DNA of 64,000 nucleotides from NCBI RefSeq assembly GCF_009914755.1, contig NC_060935.1; one strand, 5' to 3'. The notes under the pieces are model-generated. The model saw only the letters and a list, made by a program, of their open reading frames with translations. It did not search any database and was not told the DNA's origin. How positions within the stretch are numbered: position 1 is the stretch's first letter; each line of letters opens with the position of its first letter. The translations under genes and the position numbers were made by a program. The stretch comes from the human T2T-CHM13v2.0 reference genome, Homo sapiens. Shown here piece by piece: positions 52,836-64,000 of the stretch.

Positions 52836-54144
52836 AGGAAGAGGCCAGACTGGAACTGGAGGGTAGTGACGAGAGGAGCCAAGAGGAACCGACTGGGCTG
52901 CAGGGATGGAGGCAGCACAGGAGGCAGGCGGCACAGGAGCGAGCTGCTCTTCACAACACAATCGCCGTCTGTTGTTATAGCAACTCAGCCCCCAAATCGT
53001 GAAACGGATATTACAGCCTCAAGAGGGGGAAGGGCGGAGGGGGCTGAGGACAGAAGGAGGGGCAGGGGGGCACCCGATGCAGAGACAGGGCTGGGGGGCC
53101 CAACACAGGGTAGGCCTGCAGGAGAGATATGACCAGGAAAGAGAAGGGAGTGACCCAAAATAAAGAACAGGCCAGGGGGAGTGGGGTCTCAAAGCAGGGA
53201 TGGATGTGATGTGGGGAAACCCTGGGGTGGGGGACCGGGGCACTCATGGGGGAACTGAGGCCACTGCCAGGCCCACAGATACTGTGCTTTGGAGTGGAAG
53301 GTGCTCAGGTCTCCACCCCTAGGACAATCCTACAGCTGCTGTGGGACACCTCCCAGTTTGGGGGACTGAGGAGGTAGTTCCCATTGTCAGGACTGCTGTC
53401 TGGAGTCTCCTGATCCCAGGGGCAGCCCGGCCCAGCTTCAGAACCTTTAGTAAACTCCCAGACCAGCCTCAGAAGTGGCCTTAGCCTTCTTTAGGTAGCA
53501 GTGACCCCCAAAACCTCCGTGCTGCAGGCTCAGGAGGGAAGAGCTGGGTTGGGAGAAGCCACCACCGGAGGCTGAAAGCAGGATCAATATGCATTTCCTC
53601 TGGAAGTCACTGTCCTTCCGGCTGGCAGCAGCACCAGGCCAGGAGGCTGCAAGGCGGAGGAGTGCAGCCCCCACCCTGAGGCACAAGCCCAGCAGGGCCC
53701 TCGGACTGCCCAGGGCCCTCCCTCCCTTCCCCGACAGCCAGCAACTCTGTGCTGCCCCTCTCCCTCCCACGATTCCTGCAGTGAGGGCCCTGTTACTGGA
53801 AGCGTCCAAGCAGGGGCTGAAAGGCCCCCTGTCCAGCAAGGGAATTTCGGCCATGGGCTGAAGGCTTTGGGTATGCATGACTGGCCCTGCAATTCTCGGG
53901 TGCAGACCTACTAGTTTCAAGTTTTAGATGTCCAAGGATCTGGTCTCCTCAAGATCCTAGACCCTCCCCAAGATTCTTATGTTCCAAGGTTTTCTGCTTC
54001 TAAGATTCTCTTCCCCAAGACTCCAGACACATGAGATTCCAGACCTCCCAAGTTTCTCTGGCTACAAAGTTCTAGCTCCCAAGATTGTCATCCTGTAAAG
54101 TATACCATCCCCCTACCCCCCGGGATTCTAGGCGCTGATGGTGA

Positions 54145-54362
54145 AGGTTAATTACACGGGCCTTTTTATTCCATCTGGAAAATACAAATATTCACAAGAG
54201 TCTGTACAACCTTAGGGACACCAGCCCTGGCCCTGCCCTCAGCTGCATGCCACCCTCATATCCCACCCCCATCCCCAGCCTCCTGCCCCGACACCCCCAG
54301 GCTCCCTGCTCTGGTTGAAGTATTTTCTCCAAGGCAGGAATGAGTCCTTGATCCAACCACAG
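54145..54362 (-). other. RASGRP2: RASGRP2 terminal non-coding 3'UTR exon (3' end approximate)
   Basis: Acceptor tcttcccag|CTGTGG at 54363-54364; AATAAA at 54165-54170 on the minus strand. Confidence 0.85.
54165..54170 (-). terminator. RASGRP2: RASGRP2 polyadenylation signal AATAAA
   Basis: tttatt on the + strand about 190 nt into the terminal exon. Confidence 0.85.
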
Positions 54363-54387
54363 CTGGGAAGAGAAAAACAGGTTGTGA

Positions 54388-55058
<671 letters not shown>

Positions 55059-55524
55059 TGAGGCTCTTTTTCTATGTTTTTGTTTTGCCACAGCTTTTTC
55101 AGCCACAGATTTGTCAGCGCAGTTTGCTTAAATGTCAATTTTGTGTGTATTTCACATTTTAGACCCCAGCACTTCTGGAAGGCTCAATGCAAATGGATTT
55201 ATCTTTTCTATTTTTGAGGATGTATGCCCTGTGCCTGCCTCTGTTTTTTGAGGACTTATGCCAACCCAAACAGTTGTGATCAACTACCTTAGACCCCAGT
55301 TTAACATAGTTGTTCGGACTGTTCTCAGCAAAATAATCATTTGGCCAGTTGTCATTCAGCAAACTGACCTAAAACCATCAAATACCCCAAGAGAGCTGCC
55401 AGGACATTATCAGGGCAAGGGACTTTCCCCAGAAGAGCCTCCAGAGCAGCCAGAAAGGGAAAGGCAAGCCAATGGCTCATATAACACCTTCTCCAATCCT
55501 TTGTTAACCCCTCCAACAAAATAA

Positions 55525-55961
<437 letters not shown>

Positions 55962-55999
55962 TGTCCCTTCTTTATTATCCCACCACAAAAAGAGAATTA

Positions 56000-56350
<351 letters not shown>

Positions 56351-56537
56351 CTACCAGGAACCTTTGTTCCTGAGCAGCTGCCCCACCAAAATAAGAGTCT
56401 CCTTCCAAAGTGTTCTCCTCCTCCTAATTGTCAGTCTATGCCTTCTCCCATGTTCTCTGTTCCTGGGCAGCTGCGTCATCAAAATAAATGGCCTCTTAAA
56501 CGCCACTCCCTTCACATCAGTCATCTTGAGCCTCTGA

Positions 56538-56918
<381 letters not shown>

Positions 56919-56991
56919 TAGTAACTCTCCCAAACAAACAAACAAACAAAAAAAACACTGCCCAGCAGCCCTTCCAGTCATTCCATCTCAC

Positions 56992-57028
56992 CTCGGCATT
57001 TGAGGCCCTGCTTGTAGATGCCCAGGAT
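56992..57028 (-). CDS. RASGRP2: RASGRP2 exon (37 nt): ILGIYKQGLKCR (C1 domain)
   Basis: ttgcag|ATCCTG...CGAG|GTGAGA. Confidence 0.95.
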
Positions 57029-57108
57029 CTGCAATAGAGGAGGGGCCGTGGTGGGAGGAGGGATTTAGAGGTGATGACTCTACTTCTTCCTTCTTGAGGG
57101 TGAGACTA

Positions 57109-57447
<339 letters not shown>

Positions 57448-58304
57448 TCAGCTCGGGCCCTCCCCAGAACCATCCACCGCTGGCCTAACCCATCCCACTG
57501 TTCCCAGTGTCCTCATGGAACTCCTGATTTTGGACTCCTGTTGCAGAGTAAAGAAAAGGCGGCACTGGACTAGGGGTCAGGCAGATGTGGGAAGTGCCGC
57601 TAACCAGTGTGTGGTCTTGGGCCAGTCCCTTTCCCTGGGTTCCTTCTCAGAACAGTGGCCTGTCCTGCCCACTTCACACTTGGTGTGCAAACTAAAATGA
57701 CTGTGTACTTTCCATGGAACCATCAGCCTCGGGCTCCCGAAGTGTACTGTGTGCAACACCAGTCGGGAGCCCTCAGCAGGGAGAACTCTCTAATGAGTTC
57801 TGGGACCAGGAGAGATTGGGAGAAATCGCATCCCTCTCTCTCCTGCATCATCCTGCTGGAAAGACAGCTGTAAATCCAGGGTTTCCCACATAACCCAGGG
57901 CTTTCCGCAGAAGCCCTTTTTCACCTATGAATACATTTTAGGGAAAGAATGAGCACGTGTTCTAGACACAGACCTCAGTTCAAATCGCAGCTCTACTTCC
58001 CTGCCTCTTGACCTGTAGCGGAGTAATCTCCCTGTCCCTCCGTTTCCTTATCTATAAATGGGTGTAATGATCATTCCTACATTTCATAGGATTTTGGTGA
58101 GGATTAAATTAGATGATGCATGTGAAGTTTTACAACAGTGTCTGCACAGATAGGAGGGTCCTCAGCCACCAAGTGCTATTCCCATCGGGACTGGCCCTCG
58201 CTTGAGACTCCCACCTGCTTATGAGGGGGCTCATAATGTGTGATCCAGGTGGTCCATCAAATCAAGGGAGCATTAGGATAACTGGCTATCTGAAAAAAAT
58301 ATAG

Positions 58305-59450
<1,146 letters not shown>

Positions 59451-59463
59451 ATGGTGATTTTTA

Positions 59464-60437
<974 letters not shown>

Positions 60438-60624
60438 TCAACAATTGCTGTAAATGCATAGATAATTTTGTAAGAAAGAAATGGAAACACCCAAGTTCCA
60501 GAAACAAAGAGGGAGCTTTACAATGAAGTGGTGAGCTGGGCCTGGTCCTGGGAGCCGGTGCTGGTCTCCCTCCTGCCGAACCAGGTGCTAGGTTTTGATA
60601 CCCAACCAGGGCTTCCCCCTCACC

Positions 60625-60625
<1 letters not shown>

Positions 60626-60672
<47 letters not shown>
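60626..60672. repeat. (CA)n microsatellite
   Basis: Visible. Confidence 0.95.
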
Positions 60673-60673
<1 letters not shown>

Positions 60674-61066
60674 CCTGGGGCCTGCAGGAGGTGGAGGGTT
60701 AAGGCTGAGACCGCTGCATGAAGCTGAGGCCTCCATCGTCTCAAAGGGTCATTCTCACTGAAAAGGTGGTCTAGATAAAAATCCACCCACCAACCCAGGG
60801 AGAAAACATGGAACTCAACTACCTCTGCCTAAAATCTGGGAGAAGAAATAAAGCAGCTATGATAAAAGCCACAAGCAGAACTAGATTTATGCTCTAATCC
60901 TGTTTGTCCATGAAACAGACACCAAACAAACAAAATCTCTATCAATGTGCACCTGCCTGGGAAAAGAAGACTGGAAGAATCCACATACTGCCAAGCTTAA
61001 TATTGTTAACAGTGCTTAATCATGGCAACTTCTACCAGTGGAAAAGGAAAGAGGGGACTTTCATTT

Positions 61067-61683
<617 letters not shown>

Positions 61684-62340
61684 CTCACTTCTTACTTTAA
61701 ACATTTTGTTCACTATAAATTTATTTTACCACCTAGATTTTATTTTACCGTGGATTTTTGTAATGTGGAAATAAAAAACAACAGATTTTTGAAATACAGG
61801 TAACATTAAAAAATAAATCGACCTGAGATGGACTTTAAATTTTGAATGGAGTTTTTTCTGCTCAGCAAAAATAGGGCATGAATCTGGCTTCAGGGGGCAT
61901 GTTTAACCTACTTCAGAGAACCAGCTGTTTTTCCAAATTGTCAGCATATGAACTGTTGATAAACAACTGGGTACTGCTAATTACAAACCTTTCTTATCTA
62001 TTCATTAGAACAGACTATCCAGGAGCTCAAGTTGCCCACACTTCTTGACAGCTGTGAGCTCCACAAATAAAACAGCACTTTTGTAGCCACAGTCCCCAGG
62101 TCACAGTCTTTGCAAGACTCAGGTGGAGCCCCCCATCTGTCTGAATTTGTGAGATACCACTGCGCCTCCACAGCTGGCAGCCTCTCCTCCCCACAAAAGC
62201 AAGTGCCCTTTCCCACACTGGCAGCTTCCCAGGCCAAGATCATCTGGCTCAGTGACCTCATCTTGCACACAAGAAACTGAAGCCCAGGCAGAAGTGGGCT
62301 GAGTTGCCTTCCCTCTCCCCCAGGTCCCCAGCCCTCCTCA

Positions 62341-62511
<171 letters not shown>

Positions 62512-62753
62512 TCAGGTCCTGTCCCTTCCCACGTTCCCAGTCCATTTGATGAGGTGTGTCTCAGAGAGGTCTCTGACACCACCCCCGTTCCATACCTCCA
62601 CCCCCACCCTACCCAGGGGCACTTCAGCCCCGTGCAGCTGGCCTGCCAGGCCCTGTGACTCCTAGGGGCTGAGTGCTGGGTCTTGAACAGGACACTCGTG
62701 CTGGCTTCCAGGGCAGTGCTCCGGCAAACTGGCCTCTCCCCACACACTGCTCA

Positions 62754-62894
<141 letters not shown>

Positions 62895-63132
62895 CTATGG
62901 AAATGGTCGGGCCTGAGCTAGGGCCAGAGGCAGGGGGAGCCCAGAGCCCCGGGGAACAGAGAGGGGAATCCCTGGGAGAGGGAAGTCTGCCCAACACTAC
63001 TGCCCTACCCCCAGGATGCCTCTGTCCTACAAGATGGATGGGTGAGGTGGCTGCTAAGAGCTCTTCCCATCCTCACATCCTGGGATTCTCAGGAGGGAAG
63101 GGCAGAGTGGAGAGGAGGGAGTACCCCCTCAC

Positions 63133-63210
63133 CGAGGACTTGGAGCGCGGCTCCCGCTGCAGGGACAGCTGGTACAGCTCATCCTCCGTCTGATACTGAT
63201 CCAGAGACAC
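63133..63210 (-). CDS. RASGRP2: RASGRP2 exon (78 nt): end of CDC25 GEF domain ([26 protein letters not shown])
   Basis: tcccag|GTGTCT ... CTCG|GTGAGG; EDELYxLSLxREP motif. Confidence 0.96.
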
Positions 63211-63981
63211 CTGGGACACACAGATCTGATCACCCCCACTGGCCCCTGCCCACGGCCACAGAGCCCAGGGCCAAAGGTCGACCTAGAGGCCACAGCTCAG
63301 CCAGAGCTCGGGTCAGAAGCTAGACTCAGGACAAAGCCTGGCTTAGAACACAGCACAGCAACCCCCATGTCATCCCAGCGCACAGATCAAACCACAGCAT
63401 GGCCCCAAACCTTGAACACAACATATTGCCAAGATGTCAGGGAAGAAGCCAGGTCGGAACCCAGCCAGAAGCTCTGATTTCAACCCTGATCCCCTCCAGA
63501 GCCCAGAAGCAGCTAAGAATCCACTCCAAACCTTAACACTTAAGCCCCAGCCCAATGTCTAGAACCTTGTCTGGATCTAAACCAGAACCCAACTCCCACC
63601 CTAGACCCCAAGACCAAGTGTAAAGCCAAGCCCAGAACTTCACTCCGAGCCCAGGGCCATGCTTAGAAACCACCCCTGCCCACAGAATGCAGAGCTTGGC
63701 CCAGCCCTAGAACACAGCCCATTGCCAGAACTCAACCCGGGACCCAGGCCCAGTTCAAACTGCCCACAGTCCACATACCAGCCTGGAGATCAGACCTCAG
63801 TCCACAGCCCCAACCAGAGCCTGGACCCCTTCTCAGCATCCACTCCAAACCCCAGAGCCCACGCTAGATCTCAGTTTCTTGGCCAGAACCCAGAGCCCCA
63901 GGCCACGCCCACAGCCAGGACCTGGGGAAACTGTCAACCCCTGGTGCCCAGCTCCCCACCTCCCTGCCCCCTGCTCCTCAC

Positions 63982-64000
63982 CGTGAGCAGGCTCAGCAGG
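63982..64000 (-). CDS. RASGRP2: RASGRP2 exon, partial (LLSLLT), cut by the window edge
   Basis: CTCACG|GTGAGG donor, in frame with the next exon. Confidence 0.88.

Overview
Human (hominid) genomic DNA, recognisable from exon translations as the NRXN2/RASGRP2 locus (11q13), with both genes on the minus strand. Right end (54.1-64 kb): the last nine exons of RASGRP2/CalDAG-GEFI (end of GEF domain, EF-hands, C1 domain, stop, a 3'UTR intron and poly(A) signal). About 3.7 kb further is the CpG-island promoter of neurexin-2-alpha. It is followed by non-coding exon 1, coding exon 2 (signal peptide-LNS1-EGF1), three SS1 mini-exons (18, 30, 72 nt), exon 6 (start of LNS2) and the SS2 mini-exon with two donors (24/45 nt); the gene runs off the left edge. 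All splice phases chain correctly. Introns contain about 20 Alus (one triple-nested), a 5'-truncated SVA, an L1PA 3' end with an AT minisatellite tail, old L1/MIR/L2 fragments and two GC-rich minisatellites. I see no new gene system. The best leads are regulatory hypotheses around the NRXN2 alternative exons: a textbook but unassigned 3' splice site upstream of exon 4, an ACTAAY (QKI/SF1-type) cluster upstream of the SS2 exon, an intronic CTCF+ZNF143 element, an in-frame hydrophobic read-through after SS2, and three uORFs.
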